A stretch of 64,000 nt of DNA from positions 2,272,001-2,336,000 of the forward strand of contig CBDCFN010000016.1 of NCBI GenBank assembly GCA_965216315.1, given 5' to 3'. The notes below the pieces were generated by a model. That model worked only from the letters and a program-made list of their open reading frames with translations, did no database searches and was not told the origin of the DNA. The stretch is from a bacterium (GTDB lineage Bacteria > UBA10199 > 2-02-FULL-50-16 > JAJFLM01). The translations under genes were made by a program, and so were the position numbers. Numbering within the stretch: position 1 is the stretch's first letter; each line of letters begins with the position of its first letter. Below are positions 52,537 to 62,703 of this stretch, piece by piece.

Positions 52537-53574
52537 TTAGTTAGCCCTCGACAATTCGTCATCAATGACCTCTTTGAATGCCGGAAATGGGCGCGCACCG
52601 GAAAGCATGCGACCATTAATAAAAAATGCCGGCGTTCCCGAAACCCCAACGGACTGCCCGTAACGAAGTGAATCTTGCACTAACTTGGCATATTTATCGG
52701 AAGACAGGCAGCTCTCAAAGTCCGCTTGCTTCAGCTTGAGCTCTTTTGCGTATTTCTTGAGGGCATCTTCACTCAAGGCTTTTTGGGATTTAAAGAGCCT
52801 GTCATTATATTCCCAGTACTTGCCCTGTTCACGTGCGCAATGAGCGGCCTCGTGAGCCTTCTGCGCCTCCTTGTGAAAGGAGAGCGGGAAGTCTCTAAAA
52901 ACATAATGCACCTTCTCACCATACTCAGTAATAATCTGATTCACCGTCTCGCGAGCTCGTCCGCAAAAAGGACACTGGTAATCTGAAAACTCAATAATTT
53001 TGACAGGGGCGCCTTCCGGACCTTTGCCCGGATGATCGCCGCCAGCAACTTCCACTCGCGGCGGCGTAATCAAAAACTTAATATCCGCGTCTTTGCGCAG
53101 CTTGGCAATTAGCGCCCCACGAGCCTCACGAAATTTCTGTTGATACATGTAACCGCGAATCAGCCCCTTGACCTCATCAAACTTCTTTCCTTGAAACCGC
53201 GCTTTGCGTTGATTGTAATAGTCTTCAATGACGTCATCCGTGATACTGATTTTTCCGCTGATTTCTCTCTTGTTAAGTTCTTCAATAGAAATGCCCTGCT
53301 TAGCCGCTTCGGCTTCGATAAGTTTCTGATTGATAATCTGATCCACGCCACTCTTTTGGGCCGCATACATATCCATGCGCGCCTGCCGTAATTGTCCCGA
53401 CGCAATTTGCTCGATATCCGCCTCTGTCACTGCCTTGCCATTGACCGTTGCCAACACAACGTTGTCCGTATCGCCTTGCGCAGTTGATGAAGACGTCGCT
53501 GACTTCGGCCCGCCTTGATTACAGGCTAACAATAAACTCACTAAGGCAATCAGGGGAATGGATCTCTTGAACAT
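52537..53574 (-). CDS. DsbA-like thioredoxin-fold lipoprotein with SurA-N-like region
   Basis: AAGGAG RBS, LLAC lipobox, EFSDYQCPFC, FRDFPL, GVSGTPAFFING. Confidence 0.9.
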   Translation of the reverse strand: MFKRSIPLIALVSLLLACNQGGPKSATSSSTAQGDTDNVVLATVNGKAVTEADIEQIASGQLRQARMDMYAAQKSGVDQIINQKLIEAEAAKQGISIEELNKREISGKISITDDVIEDYYNQRKARFQGKKFDEVKGLIRGYMYQQKFREARGALIAKLRKDADIKFLITPPRVEVAGGDHPGKGPEGAPVKIIEFSDYQCPFCGRARETVNQIITEYGEKVHYVFRDFPLSFHKEAQKAHEAAHCAREQGKYWEYNDRLFKSQKALSEDALKKYAKELKLKQADFESCLSSDKYAKLVQDSLRYGQSVGVSGTPAFFINGRMLSGARPFPAFKEVIDDELSRAN

Positions 53575-53605
53575 GATGAACTCCTTAGGCATGAAATATA
53601 ACAAA

Positions 53606-53634
53606 GTAGGGGCGACCAGACCGGCCGCCCCTAC
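53606..53634. repeat. GTAG-type REP-like palindrome
   Basis: gtaggggcgacc-agacc-ggccgcccctac. Confidence 0.7.
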
Positions 53635-53645
53635 TGAATTGTTAT

Positions 53646-55058
53646 CTATATATCATAATACAGAGAAAACTCAAAAGGAACCGGACGCAGTTTCATCGGG
53701 TTCACTTCTTCATTTGTCTTGTAATCAATCCACATCTGGATCACGTCTTCGGTAAAGACATCACCCTTGAGCAAGAAGCCATGGTCTTCCTTGAGGGCTT
53801 CCAACGCTTCTTCAAGTGAGCCAGGTGTGCTCGGCACATTGGCCAACTCTTCAGGGGAGAGTGAATAGATGTCTTTATCCAACGGATCACCCGGATCAAT
53901 GCGGTTCTGAATTCCATCCAGGCCCGCCATCAACATGCAAGCAAAGGCCAGATAGCCGTTACAGGATGGATCCGGAAAGCGGCACTCAAGGCGCTTGGCC
54001 TTGGGTGAGTTGGAATACATGGGAATACGTATTGCCGCAGAACGGTTGCGACTTGAGTAGGCCAGATTAACCGGCGCTTCAAATCCAGGCACCAAACGAC
54101 GATAAGAATTAGTCGTCGCGTTACTGAAAGCACAGATTGAACGGGCATGTTTAAGAATGCCGCCCATATAATGGAGGGCCGTTTCCGACAAACCACCGTA
54201 CTTGTCACCGGCAAAAGTCGGGTCCCCACCCTTCCAAATGGATTGGTGGACGTGCATGCCGCTGCCATTATCTTCAAAAATCGGCTTCGGCATAAAAGTA
54301 ACGGTCTTATTGTGACGACGTGCTACGTTCTTGACGATATATTTAAACCACATCAGCTTGTCAGCCATTCGCGTCAATTCGTCAAAACGCATGTCGATCT
54401 CAGCCTGGCCGGCTGTTGCCACTTCATGATGTTGGCATTCAACATGAATCCCAATTCTTTCCATTTCCAAGACCATTTCAGAACGAATATCCTGAAAGCT
54501 GTCCGTAGGAGGCACTGGAAAATACCCTTCTTTGTAGCGAGGTTTATAACCAAGATTCGGATTTTCATCACGTCCGGTGTTCCAACGACCTTCCTTGGAA
54601 TCAACATAGTAAAAACCATGTTGTTGTGATTGGTCGAAACGAACATCATCAAAGATGAAAAATTCTGCTTCAGGACCAAAAAAGACTTTGTCACCGATAC
54701 CTGTTGACTTCAGATACTCTTCAGCCTTCTGAGCAACATTGCGAGGATCGCGCGTATACTTTTCTTTAGTGATCGGATCCATGATATTACAAATCAACGA
54801 CAACGTCGGAACTTGCATGAAAGGATCCATCATAGCCGTAGCGGGATCAGGCATCACCAGCATGTCAGATGCGTGAATTGCCTGCCATCCGCGAATAGAT
54901 GATCCATCGAATCCATAACCATCTTCAAACGAAGATTCATCTAACTCACTCATGGGGATCGTAAAATGCTGCCACACGCCAGGAAAGTCGATGAACTTCA
55001 GATCGACCATCTTGGCATTATTTTCTTTGGCATAGGCCAGTGCTTCTTTAGGCTTCAT
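53646..55058 (-). CDS. glnA: Glutamine synthetase type I
   Basis: [40 protein letters not shown]. Confidence 0.98.
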   Translation of the reverse strand: MKPKEALAYAKENNAKMVDLKFIDFPGVWQHFTIPMSELDESSFEDGYGFDGSSIRGWQAIHASDMLVMPDPATAMMDPFMQVPTLSLICNIMDPITKEKYTRDPRNVAQKAEEYLKSTGIGDKVFFGPEAEFFIFDDVRFDQSQQHGFYYVDSKEGRWNTGRDENPNLGYKPRYKEGYFPVPPTDSFQDIRSEMVLEMERIGIHVECQHHEVATAGQAEIDMRFDELTRMADKLMWFKYIVKNVARRHNKTVTFMPKPIFEDNGSGMHVHQSIWKGGDPTFAGDKYGGLSETALHYMGGILKHARSICAFSNATTNSYRRLVPGFEAPVNLAYSSRNRSAAIRIPMYSNSPKAKRLECRFPDPSCNGYLAFACMLMAGLDGIQNRIDPGDPLDKDIYSLSPEELANVPSTPGSLEEALEALKEDHGFLLKGDVFTEDVIQMWIDYKTNEEVNPMKLRPVPFEFSLYYDI

Positions 55059-55083
55059 TGCAAAACTCCTTCTCTAATATAGT

Positions 55084-55443
<360 letters not shown>

Positions 55444-55610
55444 CTATCGTCTTAGTCGATTCCGATAAGGCCTGTCTAGGGGGAAATTGGCTTAGGGAAA
55501 TGTTGTTAAATTACTAAAGCTTACCCTGTCAGTGCCGTCAAAAGAACGACACTGACAGGCGACAAAAATGTCATTGGCCGACAATTTTATGCGGTTACAG
55601 GGGCCCCACG

Positions 55611-56303
55611 TCAGGCCGATGGCCCGGATGAAACTGTAAAGGCGTCATAGTCACAGGCCGACGGGGCCCGGACCTTATCCGCATTGCCGTCGGTCAGGAT
55701 ACCAAAGCCGGTCGGACTCTTTTGGATCTCTTCACCAAAGTTGGCTTTGTAGTCCTCCGGAATATTAACGGACACGGTCTGCCAAGCCCCCGGATCCGCC
55801 GGAGGGCCGGAGTTCTTGATGATCATATGAAACTTATTGGGTTTCTTCCGAATCACCGTACCGACCGGAACGGAGGTCGACCAGGTATATTTCAAGGCCT
55901 TGCCGCTATACTTCCCAAAGACAATGTAGATCCCACAGGCCGAATCGTTGGTGTTCTTGAAGTCACGTTCGTCGGCACCCTTCGGCAACGTCCGTGCCCG
56001 CCATTTCCAACTGATCCAAGGATGCTTTTTAACATCCCACAGAAACTGACGCATCACCTGAACCGAGAGATTCTTGTCATCTTTAGCGCGCAAAAACTTA
56101 TTTCCGCCTTCTTCGGCAACAACGTACACTTCCTGGGCTTTGCCGCGTTGAAACGGATAGGTGCGCAAGCGCTTGGGAAACTTCCCTACTTTATAATCGG
56201 AAAATGATTCGATGACTCTGGAATCTGCATGCGTAGCATTCACACTGCTTGTGACAAAAAAACCGGCTGCAATAAACATGAGAAACAATTTTAATAGGCT
56301 CAT
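55611..56303 (-). CDS. Secreted protein, DUF3047-like
   Basis: Signal peptide; P.ISWKWRA..LP.GADE, ND.AC..Y.VF, LKYTWS, GILTDG. Confidence 0.7.
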   Translation of the reverse strand: MSLLKLFLMFIAAGFFVTSSVNATHADSRVIESFSDYKVGKFPKRLRTYPFQRGKAQEVYVVAEEGGNKFLRAKDDKNLSVQVMRQFLWDVKKHPWISWKWRARTLPKGADERDFKNTNDSACGIYIVFGKYSGKALKYTWSTSVPVGTVIRKKPNKFHMIIKNSGPPADPGAWQTVSVNIPEDYKANFGEEIQKSPTGFGILTDGNADKVRAPSACDYDAFTVSSGPSA

Positions 56304-57178
56304 AGCTGTACATTCTCCTTTATGAAATCTCGTAATCCCTCGCCGATATCTGGATGAGCGAGGCCATAGGCCAAACTAGCTGTCGCGTAACCCAATGGGT
56401 TGCCCGCATCATAATGTTCACCACTAAATTCATAACCAATCAAACCTTCGGCTTGCGCTAATTCTTGCAAGGCATCTGTCAATTGAATCTCGCCAACGGC
56501 TCCCGGCGTAAGGCGTTCTAACGAATCAAATATCTTTGATGGTAACAGATAACGGCCCACAATGGCTAGATCTGATGGAGCGTCGCTAATAGCCGGTTTT
56601 TCAACAACTGTTTTCACTTGATGCACCCTATCCTGCGTGGCCGTAACATCAACGATACCGTAACGCGTTACTTGTTCCGTTGGAACGCGACGAAGCGCGA
56701 CACAGGCCAATTTTTCCTTGTCCCATACGGACATCATCTGCTGCAAACAGGGGACTTCCGAGCGCACCAAATCATCGGGAAGCAGCACCGCAAAGGACTC
56801 ATCACCAACGGCCTCTCGTGCCATCAACACAGCATGTCCCAGGCCGAGTGCCTCTTCTTGAATCACTTCCGTCACTTTGATGCCTTGTTGAATTTGTTGG
56901 AGAACAGCCAACAGGTCGGCCTGACCCTTCTTTTCGAGGTGCCTCATTAAATCAGTGTCCGGCTCAAAGTAATCCATCAAGGCATACTTGCGGGGGCTGA
57001 CGACTAAGATCACCTCCTCGATCCCGGAAGCCACAACTTCATCGATATTCAACTGGAGCAACGGACGGTCCACAATTGGGAACAGCTCTTTGGGCGTCAC
57101 TTTAGAGGCCGGCAAAAAGCGGGTACCCAGACCTGCAGCCGGGATGACGACCTTACGTATCGAAGATGCTTTTGTCAT
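56300..57178 (-). CDS. galU: UTP--glucose-1-phosphate uridylyltransferase
   Basis: VIPAAGLGTRFLPASK..PKE, LGLGHAV, VEKP, GEIQLTDA. Confidence 0.95.
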   Translation of the reverse strand: MTKASSIRKVVIPAAGLGTRFLPASKVTPKELFPIVDRPLLQLNIDEVVASGIEEVILVVSPRKYALMDYFEPDTDLMRHLEKKGQADLLAVLQQIQQGIKVTEVIQEEALGLGHAVLMAREAVGDESFAVLLPDDLVRSEVPCLQQMMSVWDKEKLACVALRRVPTEQVTRYGIVDVTATQDRVHQVKTVVEKPAISDAPSDLAIVGRYLLPSKIFDSLERLTPGAVGEIQLTDALQELAQAEGLIGYEFSGEHYDAGNPLGYATASLAYGLAHPDIGEGLRDFIKENVQL

Positions 57179-57180
57179 GA

Positions 57181-58278
57181 TTAGGGTTTTGCAACGACCT
57201 TTAAAGGAGTGACATTAACCGGTGGCGTACGACTTTTACTAACAGCTACTTTATCGTGTTCTTTGAGCCAACTCAATATTTGCGGATAGACTTCCTTGGG
57301 CGCATTAATTCCGAGCACGAGATCCAAATGGCCATAATCACTTTTGTATCCGAACTCTTTGCCGAACACGATGAATTTTTTCTTACGTGATTTCACGCGA
57401 TCATAACCATAATAAACATCGGGAAGCGGTGTCAGCCCATCCACGGAACCGGCCAACACCATCCAAGGGGCCTTAATGGAATGCAAACTATGATGATAGC
57501 TAAAGCGTCTATCTAGGGTATCAAAGTGATTTTCTTGATACCAACGATGGAGCTGCAAAAAAAGTGGTACGGAAATATTTTCGACCGCAACGCGAGAAGC
57601 AATACGAAGCGTCTTCTTATCAATATTATCGAGACAGTAATAAAAATTATCCAGTAATGGCGCCGCTAAGCCAACCGCGGGAAAAGCCAGCGATGAAAGA
57701 TATTTGCCGGGAATAACCGGGACCCATTTCAATAAGCGATCCTCAATCTTGATCAGCAGTTGAGCAAAACCAGGCTTGGCATGGGCGTTCATCGCCGAAG
57801 CGATGGCAACAGCACTGCGGCAGATCTTATTTCCCATCGTCTGCACCACTGCATAGATTAAGGCTCCCCCCAAACTGTGCCCTACCCAATGAAAAGATTT
57901 GTGGCCGGTTTCTTTTTTGATGTGATCAATAAACTTCGGAATATCCGTAAAGACGTGGTCATCAAAGGTCCAATCCGGACGGATCAACGATTGCACCCGC
58001 TTCATCGGCGAGAGGGCCTGGCTCTTGCCTGCCCCGCGCAGTTCTAAAATCCAGACATCAAAGCCCCTGCGATAGAGGTATTTCGCCAACGAAATATTCT
58101 CGTCAGGAAAGTCGACGTCATAGCGATTCGTCCCCAGCCCGTGGATGAGCAACACCGGTGCCCGTTGGGTCTTGCGCCCATAGCGGTAGGCCGCAAGACG
58201 CCACCCATCTTGGGTCTCAATGAAATATTCGATCGGTTCGAGCCTTCGCTTGGCCATACTACTCCACAAATTCTCCAT
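57181..58278 (-). CDS. Alpha/beta hydrolase (PhaC-like)
   Basis: LLIHGLG, GHSLGG, GSVD, YGHLDL. Confidence 0.88.
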   Translation of the reverse strand: MENLWSSMAKRRLEPIEYFIETQDGWRLAAYRYGRKTQRAPVLLIHGLGTNRYDVDFPDENISLAKYLYRRGFDVWILELRGAGKSQALSPMKRVQSLIRPDWTFDDHVFTDIPKFIDHIKKETGHKSFHWVGHSLGGALIYAVVQTMGNKICRSAVAIASAMNAHAKPGFAQLLIKIEDRLLKWVPVIPGKYLSSLAFPAVGLAAPLLDNFYYCLDNIDKKTLRIASRVAVENISVPLFLQLHRWYQENHFDTLDRRFSYHHSLHSIKAPWMVLAGSVDGLTPLPDVYYGYDRVKSRKKKFIVFGKEFGYKSDYGHLDLVLGINAPKEVYPQILSWLKEHDKVAVSKSRTPPVNVTPLKVVAKP

Positions 58279-58471
58279 TATTATTACGAATTTGTTTCGC
58301 GCCGCAGGAGAACATCTGACTTGAGCATAGAGGGAAAATAGGGGTCCTGTCTAGGGGATTAGCAAAGACGCCGAGAGTACTTAATGAACTGAAATAATTG
58401 CTTTTTTCAGCTGATGTGGCTCTATAAGCCAAATCACGCAAACCACATGAATGAACCCAGAGGAGCCAATC

Positions 58472-58696
58472 ATGACTGAAAAAGCCGAACGCGATATCGA
58501 AAAAGGCTATAGCACGTCCGAATTTGTCGCTAAATTACGCCGCTTAGCGGACTCGCTTGAAAATGGTGAGAAATTTGAGATCCAGATCGCCAATGAACGG
58601 ATCTACATCCCCGTGCGCGCCGAATTTAATATTGAGCACGAGCGTGAAGGCGATGAGGAAGAGATCGAGTTTCAGATCAAATGGAAGAACGATTGA
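58472..58696 (+). CDS. Amphi-Trp domain protein
   Basis: KLRRLADSLE, EIEFQIKW; AGGAG RBS. Confidence 0.8.
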   Translation: MTEKAERDIEKGYSTSEFVAKLRRLADSLENGEKFEIQIANERIYIPVRAEFNIEHEREGDEEEIEFQIKWKND

Positions 58697-58711
58697 TTAT
58701 TTCCTTGCTAT

Positions 58712-58727
58712 TTGAACGATCGTTCAA
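58712..58727. promoter_or_regulatory. GAAC-N4-GTTC palindrome, candidate SOS box
   Basis: ttgaacgatcgttcaa immediately upstream of the lexA-like gene. Confidence 0.65.
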
Positions 58728-58740
58728 TAGACTCTTTTGA

Positions 58741-59328
58741 GTGCCAACTCGAAACCCTAATAGCCTCGAATCTACCATGACGCCCCTGAGACGCTTCTAT
58801 CGCGTCCAGGGGCGCATGCCTAGCTACGAGGAGATGAAGGAGCTGTATGGCTATGCCTCCAAGAATGCCGCTTATTACCTGGCGAATAAGCTGATCGAGG
58901 CGGGATATATTATTAAAGATGCTACCGGACGCTTGTTGCCAGCGGGGAAGCACTTTGGTCTGCCTGTCCTAGGCTATGTGCAGGCCGGCTTCCCCAGCCC
59001 GGCGGAAGAGGAACTCATCGATACCCTGAGCCTGGACGAGTACCTGATCGAGAGCCCGGAGATGAGCTTTATGCTCAAGGTCACGGGAGACTCGATGATT
59101 GAGGCGGGGATCCATCCGGAAGACCTCGTCATCGTCGAACGAGGCCAACAACCGAAGAACGGCAACATCGTCTTGGCTCAAGTGGATGGGGAATGGACTC
59201 TCAAGTATTATCAAAAAAAGAAGAACCAACTCTTCCTCGTCCCCGCCAATCATAAGTATCCGATTATCCGACCCGAACGCGAATTGAGGGTCGAGGGAAT
59301 TATTCGCGCCGTTATTCGAAAATATTGA
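58741..59328 (+). CDS. lexA: LexA-like repressor (S24 peptidase)
   Basis: MPSYEEM HTH, G.VQAGFPSP cleavage site, GDSM, EWTLK. Confidence 0.85.
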   Translation: MPTRNPNSLESTMTPLRRFYRVQGRMPSYEEMKELYGYASKNAAYYLANKLIEAGYIIKDATGRLLPAGKHFGLPVLGYVQAGFPSPAEEELIDTLSLDEYLIESPEMSFMLKVTGDSMIEAGIHPEDLVIVERGQQPKNGNIVLAQVDGEWTLKYYQKKKNQLFLVPANHKYPIIRPERELRVEGIIRAVIRKY

Positions 59329-59350
59329 CCACAATTGATTTATAAGTGGA

Positions 59351-59430
59351 CGCCGGGTGGTTCGAGCTGCCTTCGGACCGTCTGCGTTTTGAGACGCAGC
59401 CGAAGGTCTGCGAAGAATCAGGACCCGGCG
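59351..59430. repeat. Palindromic repeat element, intergenic copy of the priA insertion
   Basis: cgccgggt..ccttcggaccgtctgcgttttgagacgcagccgaaggtctgcgaa..caggacccggcg. Confidence 0.8.
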
Positions 59431-59443
59431 CAATTGAAATAAA

Positions 59444-60745
59444 ATGAACCCGATCACAATTCGTTCTTGGCCCAGTGCGATCGCGCACGTGGATGCCGAT
59501 GCCTTTTTTGCAAGCGTGGAACAGGCCCTCCATCCCGAATACCGTGGTAAACCCATCATTACCGGCGCTGAACGTGGCATTGTCGCGTGTGCCAGTTACG
59601 AGGCCAAGGCCCTCGGCATCCGACGGGCCGTGAGCCTCAAAGAAGCCAAGGCCATCTGCCCGCAGCTTATTATCGTCCCTAGCGACTATGAGACTTACAG
59701 TCTGTTTTCCAAACGCATCTTCGCAATTCTCCGCCGTTTCTCTCCCCAGGTCGAAGAGTACTCCATCGACGAAGCCTTCGTAGACCTCAAAGGACTGCGC
59801 CGCGTCCATCATTGCTCTTACCCTCAGATTGCTGAAAAGATGAAAACCGCGATTGAGAGTGAGCTGGGCATTACCGTCTCGGTAGGTCTCAGCCTTTCCA
59901 AGAGCTTAGCAAAACTCTGTTCTAAACGAGATAAACCCGATGGTTTTACGGCAATCCCGGGTCGAGAGATCCACCAACTCTTACAAACCACACCACTCCA
60001 AGAGGTTTGGGGCTTCGGACCTAACACCACGGCCCTGCTCCAAAAAAACGGGCTCCGTAGCGCTTGGGATTATCTACAGTTGCCGATTGATTTTATTAAG
60101 AAGCGTCTCGGCAAAGTGGGATTGGAACTCTACTATGAACTCAGAGGCGAATCACTTTACAAAGTCGACCGCGTCCTCAAATCGACTTATGCGAGTATTT
60201 CCAAATTCAAAACCTTTGCCCCGGCTTCACGTGACCGATCGATGGTTTATGCTCGGGCCTTACGTAACCTCGAATCCGCTTGTATCAAGGCCCGCCGCTA
60301 TCAACTCCAGACCAAGCGACTTGTCTTGATATTGCGTGCCCAGGACTTTTCCAGTCGTGCGCAAGAAGTCCGGCTCTCTCGACCTAGCGCCTATCCACTC
60401 GAACTTCAAACCGCACTCCAACAACTCTTTGCTAATCTGTTTGAGCCCAGACAACTCTACCGCGCCACCGGCATAGTCCTCACTCACCTGACCACCACTG
60501 ACGGCCAACAATTTGATCTCTTCGAAGATCCCGTTCGTGTCATCAAAATCAGCCAGCTTTATGAGTCGATTGACGAGATCAATGCGCGCTATGGCAAACA
60601 CACAGTGTTTTTAGGGAATGAAGTGGTGATTCGCGGCGCTCATTCCGGCCGCCGCGGCAAAGCCCCCACGCGCCAAAAGAATTTACTCAAAGGAGAAACG
60701 GGGCGACAAAGAATTGGAATTCCTCGACTGGAATATAAAATCTAG
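59444..60745 (+). CDS. dinB: Y-family DNA polymerase (Pol IV/UmuC-like)
   Basis: HVDADAFFASVE, SYEAK, YSIDEAF, LAKL. Confidence 0.88.
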   Translation: MNPITIRSWPSAIAHVDADAFFASVEQALHPEYRGKPIITGAERGIVACASYEAKALGIRRAVSLKEAKAICPQLIIVPSDYETYSLFSKRIFAILRRFSPQVEEYSIDEAFVDLKGLRRVHHCSYPQIAEKMKTAIESELGITVSVGLSLSKSLAKLCSKRDKPDGFTAIPGREIHQLLQTTPLQEVWGFGPNTTALLQKNGLRSAWDYLQLPIDFIKKRLGKVGLELYYELRGESLYKVDRVLKSTYASISKFKTFAPASRDRSMVYARALRNLESACIKARRYQLQTKRLVLILRAQDFSSRAQEVRLSRPSAYPLELQTALQQLFANLFEPRQLYRATGIVLTHLTTTDGQQFDLFEDPVRVIKISQLYESIDEINARYGKHTVFLGNEVVIRGAHSGRRGKAPTRQKNLLKGETGRQRIGIPRLEYKI

Positions 60746-61545
60746 GCATTGAGCCGATAGAGAATAAAAGTAATATCATCGGGCTTCGATGGCTTGCCGT
60801 TTTTCGGAGCCTGCATCCGCTGTTGCGCTTCAGCAACTAGATCCGACATAATACATTCAAGCTTGCCCTTGCGAATACGCTCGATCAATTCATCATTGGT
60901 GAAATTATCCGCGAGTCCATCCGAACAGACCAGTACCGTATCACGAGAGCGCAAACGACGCGGCATCCCGACCTCAATGTGCAAATCACTCGCCCCGATC
61001 ACGTTCGACACGATGTGCAAGTCATCATGAGCCAAGGCTTCCTTTTCATTCAAAACTCCCGCCTCGACCGCATAACCGACCGGCGAATGGGAAATACTCT
61101 GAGAGCGCACCTTACCTCGCTGCCCCACCGCCACGATGTGAGAATCCCCGACATGATAGTTTCGAATTAAGTCGCCCATGACACCAACGACGGAAAGAGT
61201 CGTTGCAGCCCCTGTCCCAAGATTGCGGACGGCTTTATTGGCTGCTTCAAATCCATTGAGCACATAAGGGCGCCAGGTCTTCGCCTCCAGATCAACCGTT
61301 TCAAGAGCTTTTTGTAATTTGGTAACCGCCAGCGCCGCCGCTTTGGCTCCACCGCGATGCCCACCTAAACCATCCGCGACGGCCAACACCACGCCTTTTC
61401 TTCCGATAGGAATAATCGCGGCAGCATCTTCGTTAGGGCCTTCTTTATCAGGTGCGCGTGCACTGAAAACTCCGACGACTCCCCAATCCAATAAACATAT
61501 CTCTCCGGCTTCCATCGTCGCTTCGAGATATGTTTTTACTCCCAT
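60742..61545 (-). CDS. PP2C-family Ser/Thr phosphatase
   Basis: NEDA, VADGLGG, HVGDS, CSDGL, DDIT. Confidence 0.92.
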   Translation of the reverse strand: MGVKTYLEATMEAGEICLLDWGVVGVFSARAPDKEGPNEDAAAIIPIGRKGVVLAVADGLGGHRGGAKAAALAVTKLQKALETVDLEAKTWRPYVLNGFEAANKAVRNLGTGAATTLSVVGVMGDLIRNYHVGDSHIVAVGQRGKVRSQSISHSPVGYAVEAGVLNEKEALAHDDLHIVSNVIGASDLHIEVGMPRRLRSRDTVLVCSDGLADNFTNDELIERIRKGKLECIMSDLVAEAQQRMQAPKNGKPSKPDDITFILYRLNA

Positions 61546-62270
61546 TCCAGGCTCTCCAGATACTGCCGCAATTGACCTGCCGTCTTAAATTTTTTAAGGA
61601 TCATGGACCGCTTCAATCCACAACAAATGTCCTTCACCACCGCAGGCTGTTTCGCATAACGCTTGGCTCCCCCAATGATATCGTAAAAGAGCCGGATCAT
61701 ATCACAGACATCATCTTTAATATTTTGCGGCCTAGGGGCCTTCCAATGGAAAAGATCGATCAACTTCAGGTCAAATCCCAACCCATACCGTTGCACAATA
61801 ATATTATCGGTATGAAGATCCCCGTGATACTCATTGAGGGCATGAATCTCTTCCATCCCGGTAGCCAGGTCATGCAATAAACAGAGTGCTTCAAAGAAAT
61901 TAAAGCGTTTGCCCGCCTGTCGTTTTAAAAACTCACTGAGCAACTCACCTTCTACAAATTCCGATACTAGGAAAGTAACCGGCACCTTGCGGAACTGAAT
62001 CGTTTCCTGCGTATGATAATGCATGACTATAGGACAATGTCTCAGCTTATAGAGTTTTTTGGCATGAAACTTCACCATACGGTTTTGTAGATTTCTATGA
62101 GGGAAAAAGAACTTGCCCGCCTTTTCAATACCGGTTTTGAGCTCTCTCAGCAGATAGACCTCACCTTCCCAGCCTGAGCCAATCCGTTCTAGGACTTCAT
62201 ACTTACGGACAAGGATACGGCCTGCGTTAAAACCAAATGAGGTGACTCTTTTAGATGATTGGACTGCCAT
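61536..62270 (-). CDS. Stand-alone Ser/Thr protein kinase
   Basis: IGSGWEGEVY, AGK, HGDLHTDN, KLIDL; overlaps the phosphatase start. Confidence 0.85.
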   Translation of the reverse strand: MAVQSSKRVTSFGFNAGRILVRKYEVLERIGSGWEGEVYLLRELKTGIEKAGKFFFPHRNLQNRMVKFHAKKLYKLRHCPIVMHYHTQETIQFRKVPVTFLVSEFVEGELLSEFLKRQAGKRFNFFEALCLLHDLATGMEEIHALNEYHGDLHTDNIIVQRYGLGFDLKLIDLFHWKAPRPQNIKDDVCDMIRLFYDIIGGAKRYAKQPAVVKDICCGLKRSMILKKFKTAGQLRQYLESLEWE

Positions 62271-62377
62271 TGTAACTCATCAAGAATATCGTGCTCAATA
62301 AATCAATTTCTGCCTTTTTAAAAGATTTTTTCGTGTCACTTGACGATTTTAAACCATATCATTATTTATTCCCCGCC

Positions 62378-62647
62378 ATGCCTATCTACGAATACATCTG
62401 CCAAAAATGTGGCCAGGAGATTGAGGCCATCCAAAAGGTCTCAGAAGCACCGCTGACTCAACATGACGACTGTGGCGGCAAACTCGAAAAAAAACTCTCT
62501 CTCTCCGCTTTTCATCTCAAGGGGGGTGGCTGGTACGCAGATGGCTATAGCCAAAAGAGCAGCAAACCTGATAAAAAAGAACCTAAAACGAGCTCAGACG
62601 ATAAAAAAACAACGTCAAAGAAAAAAGAAAAGACGCCGTCATCGTAG
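62378..62647 (+). CDS. FmdB-family zinc-ribbon protein
   Basis: MPIYEYICQKCG, FHLKGGGWYADGY. Confidence 0.9.
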   Translation: MPIYEYICQKCGQEIEAIQKVSEAPLTQHDDCGGKLEKKLSLSAFHLKGGGWYADGYSQKSSKPDKKEPKTSSDDKKTTSKKKEKTPSS

Positions 62648-62703
62648 CATGCAGTGGCTGAACCCGTTATTTTGCCTTACAATAAGCGTAGGAACCTTAA
62701 GAA

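Noticed and set aside
55462..55468. ccgataa near glnB (also 7820 and 35699)
   Set aside because: No CAAC-like element 15-16 nt upstream and wrong orientation for the adjacent gene
55526..55558. Inverted repeat ctgtcagtg..cactgacag upstream of glnB as an NtrC site
   Set aside because: Does not match TGCAC-N7-GTGCA and no sigma-54 motif was seen; function unassigned
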